A stretch of 64,000 bases of DNA from Octopus sinensis (taxonomy: Eukaryota), in assembly GCF_006345805.1 (NCBI RefSeq), contig NC_043011.1:50294464-50358463 (forward strand), written 5' to 3'. The notes beneath the pieces were generated by a model that saw nothing but the letters and a program-made list of their open reading frames with translations, made no database searches and was not told the origin of the DNA. The stretch's first letter is position 1. Each line of letters starts with the position of its first letter. Positions 1 through 12,832 of the stretch are shown piece by piece. The translations under genes and the position numbers were made by a program.

Positions 1-167
1 ATATCTCTGTAACATTATTCTGAGAAACTCTTTTTATTTATGCAGGATTTTGTGGACAATTTCTTGATTTGGGGAATTAATCGTCATTCTATGAACTGGT
101 AACGGAGTAAACCAATTTGAGTGTTACTGGCAAAATGAATTTATATGTATATATGTATAAATACGGG

Positions 168-226
<59 letters not shown>

Positions 227-436
227 GTATGTATGTATGTATATGTATGTATATATATGTATGCATGTATGTATATGTATGTATATATATGTATATATAT
301 GTATGTATATGAATATATGTATATATGGATACGTATGTATGTACGTGTTTTGTGTGCGTCCGTATGTTATTCATGAATATATGCAAAGATGTGTGTATGT
401 ATGTGTGTATGTATCCATATGTCTATTCATCTATGT

Positions 437-500
<64 letters not shown>

Positions 501-1586
501 TATATATATATATAGATATATATGTATGTATAGAAATTAATATAATTAATAAATTACAAAGTGGGACAAGAACGCAAAACACACAAGAGATGACACAAAA
601 AACAGACGGGTCACTCGAAGCCTCTAATCTTCAGTCGGAACCGGATCATCTTAGCAATTTCGGCTGTTTAATCTCGATATCGCTCCGATCCGGCCAGCCA
701 CAAAGAAAAACTAAGCCACGGGCATTATATTTCTTGGAAAGAGGATCGAATGTATACGAAACAAGGACAGGATGCCACATATATATATATATATTTATAT
801 ATATATATATATTATGTGTTGTGTGTGTGTGTATATATATATATATGTATGTATGTATGTATGTATATAATATTAAAGAAGAGGAAAACAAAATCGAAGC
901 AGGACGAGCTTATCAATTCATTTAAATTCTTTTAATGGTGGATCGAAGTCAGCTAACATGAATAAATAAATAAATAAGACATTAGTATTTGTGTCTACTT
1001 CAACCCCAACCCACGTTTTGAACTTGGAACTTAGTAACTTATTAATTGGAACACTCAGACCGCTTGCCTATTTCTTTAAATCACCAGTCACCTAAACTCT
1101 TCCTATAACACACATATATACACACACACATACACACACCTACGCTGTATATATATATATATATCGTACAATTTTGTGTTGGAAACAAAACTAGTATAGA
1201 TTTACTAGAATTTCTCCATTCCCCGAACTTATCAATATATAATCACATAATTAGCACTGATCATTGCTAAACCATAAGTTGCATAGTTCTAGACATCATA
1301 GTGAAACCTTCATCAAATTCGCTACATGAAACTTAAATGAATAACATAGGTTGTTTAATAGTATCATCCGATCTAGTATCATCCGATTTATATCAACATT
1401 GCGAGACGCGTACATACTTAATGCTAACTAACTCTCTTTACAAAGATCTTATTGGATTGCACTACTCTATTACACTAACTTTATAAATTACTAATACACG
1501 TACATATATACAAACATACCTATATATCAATATACATAACTACACACACACATACACACACACACAAATACACACACACACACATA

Positions 1587-2026
1587 TACTCTTTTACTCT
1601 TTTACTTGTTTCAGTCATTTGACTGCGGCCATGCTGGAGCACCGCCTTTAATCGAGCAACTCGACCCCGGGACTTATTCTTTTGGAAGCCCAGTACTTAT
1701 TCTATCGGTCTCTTTTTGCCGAACCGCTAAGTATAAGTAACGGGGACATAAACACACCAGCATCAGTTGTCAAAAATGCTAGGGGGACAAACACAGACAC
1801 ACAAACACACACACACACACACACACACCACACACACATATATATATATTATTATACATATATACACGGGCTTCTTCAGTTTCGTCTACCAAATCCACAC
1901 ACAAGGCCCTGGTCGGGCCCGGAGCTATAGTAGAAGACACTTGCGCAAGGTGCCACGCAGTGGGACTGAACCCGGAACCATGTGGTTGGTTAGCAAGCTA
2001 CTTACCACACAGCCATTCCTGCGCCT
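1587..2026 (-). mobile_element. tRNA-derived bipartite SINE (family A), full copy
   Basis: Reverse complement matches the + strand copy at 59911-60338: tRNA-like head with box A (TGGCTGTGTGG) and box B (GGTTCAGTCCC), internal (TA)n/(TG)n tract, second conserved block, (GTAAAAGA)n tail. Confidence 0.85.
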
Positions 2027-2625
2027 ATATAATAAAAATTCACCTGTCTGAATTCACCTAGGAGTTTATAATACTCAAATGTTTTTCTAAAATGCGCTCT
2101 CAGATGACAGAACATTTGTAGACTGCAACATGAGAATTCAACATATTTTCTACAATATATTTTTAACGATGTATATGTGTTGGTAGACAATAAACTTACA
2201 TTTAACTGAGAAGGATTTCTATTTCACAGTTTTTAACCCTTTAGGTTCAGATTATTCTTTGAAATATATGTGACATATCCTTTTATATAAAATCCGTTCT
2301 GTCTGTGTGTGTGTGTCTTCTAGGATCTCGGGCATCCTCCATCCAATTGTGATGTAGATACCGACAGTACCAGGGTGTGTATAAGTATTGAAAAAATTAC
2401 AAAAATCGATTCCAGGTGAGAATGCGATCGATAAAGCCGTTTTCTTCTGTCAACCTGTACATAACCTCACCTTCCATTTTTTGTTGTTTTGTACTGTTTA
2501 AAGGCGCGTTTCTTTCCTGCCAAGCTTACTGTAATATATATATTATATATATAATATATATATATATATATAATATATTATATATATATATATATATATA
2601 TTATACTGTTATGTATATATATATA

Positions 2626-2978
2626 GACCACGGGCCATACGCCCCCTACCCAATTCAAGATCACAGCATACATGTACACTACAACATAATTTCTTTTCCT
2701 CAACAGGCCCTGACCTATTTAACATTGTCCCGAAAGAGATCAAAGAGGAACAGGATCACATCAACTTTAAACGGAGTCTGGATAGATTCCTTCAAGGAAT
2801 ACCAGATAAGCCACCCATAATTGGATACAACTTACCCAACAAAAACTCACTACTTGAATGGACCATAAACACAACTTGACTTGAACAGGATTCAAATAAT
2901 CCTATCAGGCGGTGCTATTAAGTTAGACATGGCCTGGACCAATCATTGGTCGAAACATATCTAAGTTTATCTAAGTTT
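2626..2978 (+). mobile_element. 5'-truncated 3' end of the CR1/L2-group LINE seen at 56139-59400
   Basis: Near-identical to ~59010-59400, including the terminal ATCTAAGTTT repeats; flanked by (TA)n. Confidence 0.9.
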
Positions 2979-3154
2979 TATATATATATATTGTGACTTT
3001 ATGTAATGTAGTTAAAATGTAAGTCAAATATGCCAGACATCGTTTCAGAAAGATGAGATAGCAATGTATTGCAATGTTACGCAGATCTAAAATTCATTTA
3101 TTTATTTTCTTCTTTCGTTCTCTCTTTCTTTCTTTCCTTCTTTCTTTCTTCCTT

Positions 3155-3203
<49 letters not shown>

Positions 3204-3420
3204 ATTCTTCTATTCTCTCACCTATCCTTTTGTAACAATCGGGCTGGGTTCCAAGATGAGGATATCTACTCTTCCAGGAATAAAATGCATTAGTCACACT
3301 ACATATCACGGCGATGCTCCTGTGACAGGTTCAAGAGCTCAGGGACCTAGTAGATATGTATTCATACACACATACGTATGTGTATATAAACATATATGAA
3401 GAATGTGTATGTGTATATAC

Positions 3421-3451
<31 letters not shown>

Positions 3452-3585
3452 ATATAATATATATATATATATCTATATATATATATATTATATAATATAT
3501 ATATATAATATATATATATATATACATATATATACATATATATATATATATATTATATATATATATATATGTATATATATATTGT

Positions 3586-3678
<93 letters not shown>

Positions 3679-3696
3679 AATATGTATGTATATATA

Positions 3697-4086
3697 AGGG
3701 GTTAGCCATATTGAAATGGCAAAAATACGTCACGATGTGTTACTGCTACTGTATATAACTCACTTTGATATTTATCATTGTTTGATTTCACTTTTTCAAT
3801 ATCAGCGACACGGGACGCTGGAAAAAGTATAAGTATTTGTGAAGGAAATCTAATTCTCGGCGATAACTATGATTGTCACACGCTGACGAAGGTCAATACC
3901 TCGAAACTCGAGTCCGTGTGTATCATAAGTTGAAGACGGGAAGGATGACTTCCCTTTGCAAATACTGACAGGACACAGATAGTGTGTCTATGGCCAGCTG
4001 GAGGAGTGTGTCCTCCTGGGGCTAAAAACTACAGTAGCATCCACCCTTAGGGGTTAGCCATATTGAAATGGCAAAAATACGTCACG

Positions 4087-4088
<2 letters not shown>
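3697..4088 (+). mobile_element. Retrozyme-like / non-autonomous Penelope-derived unit (352-nt period, 40-bp terminal direct repeat)
   Basis: AGGGGTTAGCCATATTGAAATGGCAAAAATACGTCACGAT occurs at 3697-3736 and 4049-4088; an HHR lies in the middle; no ORF; (TA)n on both sides. Confidence 0.65.
3877..3920 (+). ncRNA. Minimal type I hammerhead ribozyme
   Basis: CACACG-CTGACGA-AGGT(CAAT)ACCT-C-GAAA-C(TCGA)G-TC-CGTGTG: 6-bp helix I, intact core, 4-bp helix II, palindromic helix III, GUC cleavage triplet (after 3914). Confidence 0.8.
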
Positions 4089-4153
<65 letters not shown>

Positions 4154-4928
4154 CATATAATCATACGTCTATATATACACATATATCTATATATAAACAT
4201 ATATATCTATATATATACATATATATCTATATATAAAGTCTGTCTTATTCTTATCGAATTCCTCATTAGGTTTTGGAGATAGAACCCCAGAACCATAAAT
4301 ATTCTGAAACTACATTAAGCAGGGTATTTGGACAAGTATATTTCATTTTGATCAAGGGGCCCTCCGGGAGGCACAAAACCCCCAACAGAAAATTTTCTAG
4401 TGTTTTGGAGATAGACCTCCATAACCATACAAACATACATACATAGTGCCTAAATACCAATTCTGAGAAATTAGGTTTCTCAAAACCAGAAAGGAGAAAT
4501 CTAATTCGAAGACAACAGATCCAATCCACAACAGCAACTGTAAAAGTTTGTAAAACTTTCCAGAAGTTTATCATTTAAATATATATGAGCATGTCTAGAT
4601 ATGCAGCTATATGAATGAGAATACATACATAAAACAAAACGTAAAAATCTGTGCATATACATACATACATATGAAGAAATATACTCTGATGTTGAGGTTG
4701 AAATTTCAATTAAGGAGCCTTTGATCTAGGTTAGAAACCGGCTCTTTCTCTATTGGCAATATATCTTGAAATAAAACTAAACAATGACATATATACATAC
4801 ATACATACATACATACATACATACATACACATACATACATACACACACACCAACGATTTATTTCACTAGAATTCTTATATGTTTGCAAGGGCTAGGGAAG
4901 CATCTCCAACTAGCAGGCCATGATACTC

Positions 4929-4967
4929 CAGACTGATGACGAGCAAAGACACAGAAACTAGTCTCAG
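4929..4967 (+). ncRNA. Degenerate hammerhead-like motif
   Basis: CTGATGA (4933-4939)...GAAA-C-TA-GTC (4954-4963) with ACTAGT palindrome; helix I has a mismatch and helix II pairs poorly. Confidence 0.35.
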
Positions 4968-5189
4968 ATTGTAGGCTTACCTGGCTGGAGGTGCTTGTCG
5001 CTCCCTTGTTAACATAAGAACACAGGAAATGTATCAAGGCCGACAGGAAGCGTTGATGCTTCCTAGGGCTAAATAGCAGTGGTGTGATTCCCTTCATGGG
5101 ACTGTCACATTAAGTTGACAGTATACAACTACTCTATCGTACCACTACTGCTTATATCTCTCTGAGATATTTAGAAATGTAATATTTCT

Positions 5190-5328
5190 ATTTCAGTACC
5201 GGTTTAAGTCAGCGATACTTTTTCAACTGTAATACGGAAAACACTTAAATTTTTTATTTTTCCAAGATTTAATTGTTTTCCATACTAACAGTTGAAAAAT
5301 TCCCAATAACTCGAACCGGCACTGAAAT
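5190..5328. repeat. Short imperfect inverted repeat (MITE-like)
   Basis: ATTTCAGTACCGGTT...TTTTTCAACTGT...GGAAAACA mirrored by TGTTTTCC...ACAGTTGAAAAA...AACCGGCACTGAAAT. Confidence 0.6.
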
Positions 5329-5372
5329 GTTTTTTATAAAATTATTTTAGCATTTTCTACCTTGACATTTTT

Positions 5373-5489
<117 letters not shown>

Positions 5490-6086
5490 CCATGCATCAA
5501 TAACTATATCAGTCCAACTATACCTCTCATTTTATTTTTTATTGTTTATTCACGTTTAAATTTTAATTTTAATTTTGCGCATACATGTATAACATATAGT
5601 TTAAAAACTTAATTTAAAACCCTCCTGACCATTATTTAATTAAATTAAATTCTAATAATTTTCTGCTTCGGCTTTCGGAACTCCACTGTCCGCTTTTATA
5701 CCTCCACTCCTCTTCCATCTCTTCGTGTTTTAGTGTATCTCTTTCCCAGTGCCGAAAAGCAGTAAGGTCATAAATTAGCTCTCTCCAAAACACCTCATTA
5801 ACGTTCTCATGCTTTGACTCCGGACAACTGTCTTTAATAGAATTTTTTCACTTTAAGTTGCCCCAGACTAATGCCGTTGGGTGGTCAAATACATCATCTT
5901 CGATCTGACGATGTTTGGTAACAATGGTTTTGCTTGTACTGGCTGACACAGCGCCAGCATAGGAGATGATAAACCGTTTTGCTATATGAAGCACTACCCA
6001 CTCTATCTACTTCTCCTTCTTCCCTTTTCTTCATCTTCTTCTTCTTCTTCGTCGTCGTCGTCTTCTTCTTATTATTATTATTATCC

Positions 6087-6132
<46 letters not shown>

Positions 6133-6227
6133 CATTATTATATTATTATTATTATTATTATTGAGTGAGAGAGAGCAGTGCATGCCATTAAAGAGTAGTG
6201 TGGCATCATCATTATTATTATTACTAT

Positions 6228-7241
6228 TGGATCAAACGTAGACCGAGAAAGGGCGCTTGGCACCTCGAGTGCCGTCAAGCCCTCTCCGCCCTCCGCCAGG
6301 CGGGCAATGCGGTCGGTTACAGCTCCACTCTAGCGTTCTATAGAGGGTTAGTGGAGGAAAAATGCGACGACGTTCTCGGGGAAACTCTAGGCGTTGAAGA
6401 CGACGAACTGAGCGGTCTGTTCGGGAGGACTTTCGGGCCGGGGCCGATGGATAATTTCCAGAGGTCTCTCGCCTGGCAGTGCTACCGAGGGGCTCTGCCT
6501 GTTCGAGATAAACTCTACCGGCACGGAAGTGCCGTCAGCCGGGCCTGCCCGAGGTGTTGCCAGGACGACGAAACCGTTCTGCACGCACTCGTCCAGTGCC
6601 CGAGTATTGCTGAAATATGGGTTTATGTCGAACAGCTACTGTCACGTGTAGGACGGATCCGACTATCGGCCGAATCCATAGTGAAGATTGCCCCGCCGAC
6701 CTCCTTTAACAAGGAGGGGCGAGCCCGTTTTCTTGTGCCTTGTGGCTGTGGCGAAGAAGTCGTGTGGTGGACTCGTTTGAAGGGCTAAAGTCAGACACTT
6801 TCCTCTTTGGTCAAGGCCTCATCAACTTTTTCAAGTTTCACTTGAAAAGAAGATGAGGTTAGAGAGGAAGTGCTGTCCGATAGCAAGTTTTATGAAAAGT
6901 GGGTGAATTGTGCGAGACTGGCCTGTATAAATGGACCAGTTCTCAGGTTTCGCCTGTGATTTCAAAGAAAAAGGTAATGTAAAAGGAGAAGAAAGGGGAC
7001 TCTCTACACCCCCTTTTTTTGACCAGGCTCCCGTTGGCTTTTGTAGGGTTTTTTCCACCAGGAACCTTTCGAGACGTCTCCCCCTTTTGGGAGTTTTTCA
7101 TTGTTGAATTTTATAAGTTGTTATAAAGATTTTTACTCGATGTTTTTAAAAAACGGCAAAACCCTTTGTAACCTTTCGTCCTGTCTTGTCCCTTTATGTA
7201 ATCATGCGTGTCAGCCCTTGTGGCCAATAAAAAAGAATTGA

Positions 7242-7243
<2 letters not shown>
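6228..7243 (+). mobile_element. 5'-truncated L1/Tx1-clade LINE 3' fragment (zf-RVT C-terminus plus 3' UTR)
   Basis: ORF 6198-6788 contains FQRSLAWQCYRGALPVRDKLYRHG...CPRC...ETVLHALVQC, homologous to the 12.8-13.2 kb C-terminus; the UTR ends AATAAAAAAG followed by (ATT)n. Confidence 0.9.
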
Positions 7244-7284
<41 letters not shown>

Positions 7285-7817
7285 TAATACTACTACTACT
7301 TCCCTACTTCTTTTTCTTCTTCTCCTCCCCTTCTTCCTTCTCATTATTCTTCCTTTCCTCCTCTTTCTTCCGATTGTTCTCCTTTTTCTTTCTGTTCCCG
7401 TCCTTCTAAACTTTCGTCTTCTTCTAGTCGTTTTCACCTCCCTCCTTCCCTTTCTCCCGTCTATGATTATACGTATCCACCATCTTCATTTCCCCTACCA
7501 CCACCACTACCACCACCTGTTTCTTCTCCACATTCTCATCCCGCATAAAAAACATTCAATTTTTCTTTTCTTTTTTATTTCCTCGAGATATTTTCGTAAC
7601 AACAAGGTGTGAAAGACGAACACTGTGATAGAACGTTTTCGATGCAAGTGGGGGGGAAGTGCCTCGCCAATGCCTAAAACCGCAAATATTACGTGATTTT
7701 TCTATTAGAACGTTCGTGTAAACTGGCGTTGCAAATGGAGATGGTACAGAAAAATTTGCAACTTAAGATATTTTATGAATATTGTTTGCCTTCTTGTTTT
7801 CATTGGATTATATATAT

Positions 7818-7896
<79 letters not shown>

Positions 7897-8079
7897 GATT
7901 TAGGGTAAAATTGATATTTATCAATTAGAACCAGTGGACTAGCATATTAAAGAAAGAATCCGAAGATTAAAATATTTATATATTTGATCTGAGAACATAA
8001 ACTTTTTGTGGAGAATGGCGATTTGACGTCTATATCTAGCATGTTGACTGTCCATTTTTCGTGTGCAGTCCTTTATTGG

Positions 8080-8111
<32 letters not shown>

Positions 8112-8162
8112 ATATATGCGTGACTGTGTATGTGTGTATATATATACATATATATATATATC

Positions 8163-8249
<87 letters not shown>

Positions 8250-8327
8250 AATATTTGTGTATATATATATATATATATATATATAGTATGTATATATATA
8301 ATATTTGTGTATTATATAATATTTGTG

Positions 8328-8360
<33 letters not shown>

Positions 8361-8365
<5 letters not shown>

Positions 8366-8452
8366 TAGATAAACTTAGATATGTTTCGACCAAAGATTGG
8401 TCCAGGCCATGTCTAACTTAATAGCACCACCTGATAGGATTATTCGAATCCT
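8361..8452 (-). mobile_element. ~90-bp extreme 3' end of the CR1/L2-group LINE
   Basis: Reverse complement of ~59305-59400, including two ATCTAAGTTT tail units. Confidence 0.85.
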
Positions 8453-8480
8453 ATATATACGTATACATACAAACACACAC

Positions 8481-8522
<42 letters not shown>

Positions 8523-8544
8523 ATATATATATAGCTGAAATTTA

Positions 8545-8645
8545 TAGAAAAAGAAAAGACGAAGACGAATAACCAAACGTATAAGTCTGACGTGCGGGAA
8601 AATGGAAAGGTCTTTTACGTTTCGAGCCTATGTTCTAAGAGAAAC
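8545..8645 (-). repeat. Short repeat with remnant hammerhead 3' half (same family as 44331-44450)
   Basis: Minus strand reads AGGCTC-GAAAC-GTA-AAAG followed by ACCTTTCCATTTTCCCG, matching the 44.3-kb copy; the CUGA half is destroyed. Confidence 0.45.
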
Positions 8646-8679
8646 TAAAATTGTTGATTTCAACGGTTCAGCATGTCCA

Positions 8680-8749
<70 letters not shown>

Positions 8750-9056
8750 CTCTATGTAACCTCAAGGTTTAAAACAACCATAATTTTCGGTTTAAAAAAA
8801 AAAAAAAAAAAAAAACTTTTTTTTAGACATTCATTAGTACAACATCCCCACCCCCCAATATATGGCACACTAGGCATAACAACAACATGAACTTCCAACC
8901 CTGTTGTCTCTTGAGGTCTCTGGGGGAGACTTGGAGCCAACTTGTACAAATATAAAGCAAAAGTCAAACATAGAATAATAATAATAATATAAAATATATA
9001 TAATAATAATATAATATATAATAATAATAATAATAATATAATAATAATAATAATAA

Positions 9057-9606
9057 ATGCCCTGATGCAGTACCAGGCAGTGGCTCTCATGGCTTCTGAT
9101 CTTAACTGATTGGAAGTGTTATCATGTACATTGTTTTGTCTTGGTATAAAAGATGGGCTACAGCAAATATTCTGCTCAATACCACAGATTTGCTTGTCAG
9201 TTGTTTGACCTTAACCAGTTGAGCATGTCCCTTAGTGGCTGACGATATGTGCATCTCTGATCACGAGCAGAAGTAGTGGGGGAGAATCATAGCCATGTGT
9301 TGAGAAGGATTCTTTGGGGTTTGAATAATTCACCTCTGGAAACATGGGTGTTTCGTTCAACGTCCTTAAACAACCCTTATTCAGGGACCTTTTGAGCGGG
9401 TACTCGATCTGAATAAAATTCTAACTGGGCTCCACCTGCAAGGTCATGTGCTGTTTATCTTGATATGAGATCACCATGTCGCGCATATATGGTTGTGATG
9501 CATGTGCCTGGTGTACCCTTATCAGACGGGTAGTCATGATGGGTATACTGGGCTTCGTATATTTTACCCCAGTGTCACTTTGATGGCATGCTCTGCTCGC
9601 TCACTC

Positions 9607-9607
<1 letters not shown>
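9057..9607 (+). mobile_element. ~550-bp non-coding interspersed repeat embedded in (AAT)n
   Basis: Homologous copy at 43053-43481 and end fragment at 6161-6194 (-); all copies end CTCACTCA-(ATA)n; this copy has (AAT)n on both sides. Confidence 0.75.
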
Positions 9608-9667
<60 letters not shown>

Positions 9668-10011
9668 TATATATATATACATATACATACATACATGTAT
9701 ACATATATATAGAGAGAGTGAGAGAGAGGGAGGAGGAGAGAGGGAAAGAGAATAATACGTACATACGCATTAACCGTCAGTTGATTGACCTTAACCAGTT
9801 GACCATATCTCCGAGCAGAGGTTGTGTAGAAGCATCATAACCATGTATGTATGTATATATGTACCCACATATATATATATATTAATATGCAAACGGATGT
9901 GTATATATATACATGCGTGTGTGCGTGTGTATGTATGTATGCATGTGTGTGTTTAAACAAATATATACTTTCATATACATACATTTGCAGATAGTCGTAT
10001 ATAATATATAC

Positions 10012-10417
10012 GTGGAGTGACTGTGTGGTAAGTAGCTTGCTAACCAACCACATGGTTCCGGGTTCAGTCCCACTGCGTGGCATCTTGGGCAAGTGTCTTC
10101 CGCTATAGCCCCGGGCCGACCAATGCCTTGTGAGTGGATTTGGTAAACGGAAACAGAAAGAAGCATGTCGTATATACGTATGTATATATATATATATATT
10201 TATGTGTATGTGTTTGTGTGTCTGTGTATGTCCACCTAGCGTTGCTTGACAACCGATGCTGGTGTGTTTACGTCCCCGTCACTTAGTGGTTCGGCAAAAG
10301 AGACCGATAGAATAAGTACTGGGCTTACAAAGAATAAGTTTCGGGGTTGATTCGCTCGACTAAAGGCGGTGCTCCAGCATGGCCGCTGTCAAATCACTGA
10401 AACAAATAAAAGAAAGT
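10012..10417 (+). mobile_element. tRNA-derived SINE family A, near-full copy
   Basis: Colinear with 59911-60338 from box A to the tail. Confidence 0.85.
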
Positions 10418-10449
10418 ATATATATATATACATGTATATACATATATTA

Positions 10450-10496
<47 letters not shown>

Positions 10497-10556
10497 ATAG
10501 ATATCATATATTTATATATATATATATATACATGTATATACATATCATATTATATT

Positions 10557-10595
<39 letters not shown>

Positions 10596-10638
10596 ATACA
10601 TATCATATTATATTTATATATATATATATATACATATC

Positions 10639-10685
<47 letters not shown>

Positions 10686-11106
10686 GTTGTGTGTAGGTAT
10701 GTGTAATGCATTGAAATGATAATATTTCTGTGTTTACGTATATACTACAATATAATTAATACGCTTATATTTCATCGACAGATATGTTTATTCTAGTATA
10801 CGTTAACACTTTCAAATCTCTTTGCATAGATTGAAACGTAAAACCATTTTCTTTAATATTTCAAATAACACAAACTAGAGCATAACGAATGAACTAAATC
10901 ATGGTGAACTGTTGGTATCATGACAGATGTGTGAACGTGTTTGATGTGTGTATGTGTGCATATGTATATGTATGTGAATATATATCTGTGTGTGTGTGTG
11001 TGCGTGTGTGTGTGTGTGAGCATAGTGAAAGCTCGTGGCCTAATGGTTAGGCTGTCATGCTCACAATTGTAATATCATAAGTTCACTTCCTGGGCAGCAG
11101 CCATCT

Positions 11107-12832
11107 ATGCTAGATCTGGTATTCTCCCGCTATCCAAGATCAGTGTCAGACGTATCTGTGTGCGCCCCTCTTGCCAAGAGTGATCATGCGGTCCTGAAGT
11201 TCGTCATGCACACAACTTTTTCTACACCCACGACTACTTCGCTGCCACGTAGAGTCTTCTCTGCAATTAATCTTGAAATTCTAACCGAGGCTTCCGCGCT
11301 TCTGGACTGGCGATCCCTGATGACGTTGTCCTCAGTTGACGAACTATGGTCATCCCTCAAAGCATATGTAATCTGTTTGACTGACCAGGCAGTTCCCGTT
11401 GGGCTTCCCAAGAAGAAGAAACACAAGCCCTGGGTGACGAAGAAGGTTAAACGAGAACGTCGACTCAGAGATATTGCTTGGGCTGAATTCAAAAATCTGG
11501 ATTCGACTGCAACTTTTGAGGTGTACAAAACTCAACGAGACCGAGCCGTGAAAATTGAAACGAAAGAACGCTTCAGTTATGAATACAAAATCGCGGCAAA
11601 TGCCAGTAGCAATCCAAAAACCTTCTTTGCCCATGTCCAGCGGAATTCCCGCTTGAACAACCAGATTGCAACGTTGGTAGACTCAACAGGCGTATCGATT
11701 GAGGACCCTTATCAACAGAGTCAATTATTTGCCGAGATTTTTTCAACTATTTTCAAACAAGATGATGGTCGTGAACCCCCTCCATTTGATAGATCGGTAC
11801 CTCCAATGCTTCGATTGGTCATCACGCGGGACGAAGTCAAACGTGTTATTCAAGCCTCGATGTCAACAAGGGTCACGGCCCTGACGGCATACACCCACGG
11901 GTTATCAAAGCGTTGGCTCCGGTCATCTGCGAGCCCTTAACACGACTATTCAATATGTCATTGGCGACGGGTGTTATACCTGCAGACTGGAGAACAGCGA
12001 TAATCTGCTCAATTTTCAAGAAAGGGAGCCGCGAAGACCCGAATAACTACCGACCGGTTTCCCTTACATCAATAATCAGCAAGATGTTCGAAACCATCCT
12101 TAAGAAAAGTATGATGCTCCACCTCCTAAACACAGCCTCTATCTCTGATTCCCAACACGGCTTCGTGCCGAAGAGATCATGCTTGACCAACTTACTAGTA
12201 ATGGAAGAATTGGTGACGCGCATCCTCGATGATAGTGATGCTGTTGACATCGTTTTATTGGACTTTGCCAAAGCTTTTGACTCGGTAAACCACCGCTTAT
12301 TACTTGTCAAGCTTCAAGCATATAGTTTCCATCCGGATATTGTACGATGGGTTCGTGCCTTCCTCTCAGATCGCTCCTTCCAAGTCCAAGTTAATGGTTC
12401 GCGGTCCGACGTCTCCAGTGCGAGCAGTGGCGTGCCTCAAGGTTCAGTGCTTGGGCCCTTGTTGTTCTTAGTCTTCATAAATGACTTGCCCGACGACCTC
12501 ACGCAACACACCCTTCTATTTGCCGACGATATCAAACTGGTCGCTCCTCGCGGTAATATAGAGGATCTTCGTCGATGCCTCCACCAAATTTGGAAGTGGT
12601 CTAACGATTGGGACCTGTGTCTAAACGTGTCAAAGTGCTGTCATCTGCCTGTCGGCTCTACTCCTGCAACTCAACTTGATTTTGAGCCGGGTCATCTGCT
12701 GCTAGAGAGGACCGATCAGGTAAAGGACCTGGGTATCTTGGTGGATTCCTCCTTTTCGCCTTCGGCCCAGTGCGTCCATGCTGCCAACAAAGCACGCGGA
12801 ATTCTGTTCTTGATTCGACGGTCATTCGGAAT
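11107..12832 (+). pseudogene. CR1-group LINE ORF2 fragment (end of APE endonuclease, RT domain), one frameshift near 11850, 3' end missing
   Basis: LDLVFS/SDHAVL (APE end), G(H)GPDGIHP, YRPVSLTS, QHGF, LDFAKAFD, GVPQGSVLGPLLF, LFADD, KDLGI. Confidence 0.9.

Noticed and set aside
549-775. Possible permuted (type II) hammerhead on the minus strand (GCCGAAATTG...ATC...CTGAAGA)
   Set aside because: Helix I would need a 2-nt loop and a mismatch, and helix II is offset by 5 nt; probably just an unclassified repeat.
2233-2290. piggyBac-like terminus TTAA-CCCT
   Set aside because: No matching right TIR found nearby; too short to support.
5905-9260. Other CTGANGA hits (5905, 9239; also 21571, 22646, 29332, 42724, 43283)
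   Set aside because: No downstream GAAA/NUH with pairing arms; these are chance 7-mers within other repeats.
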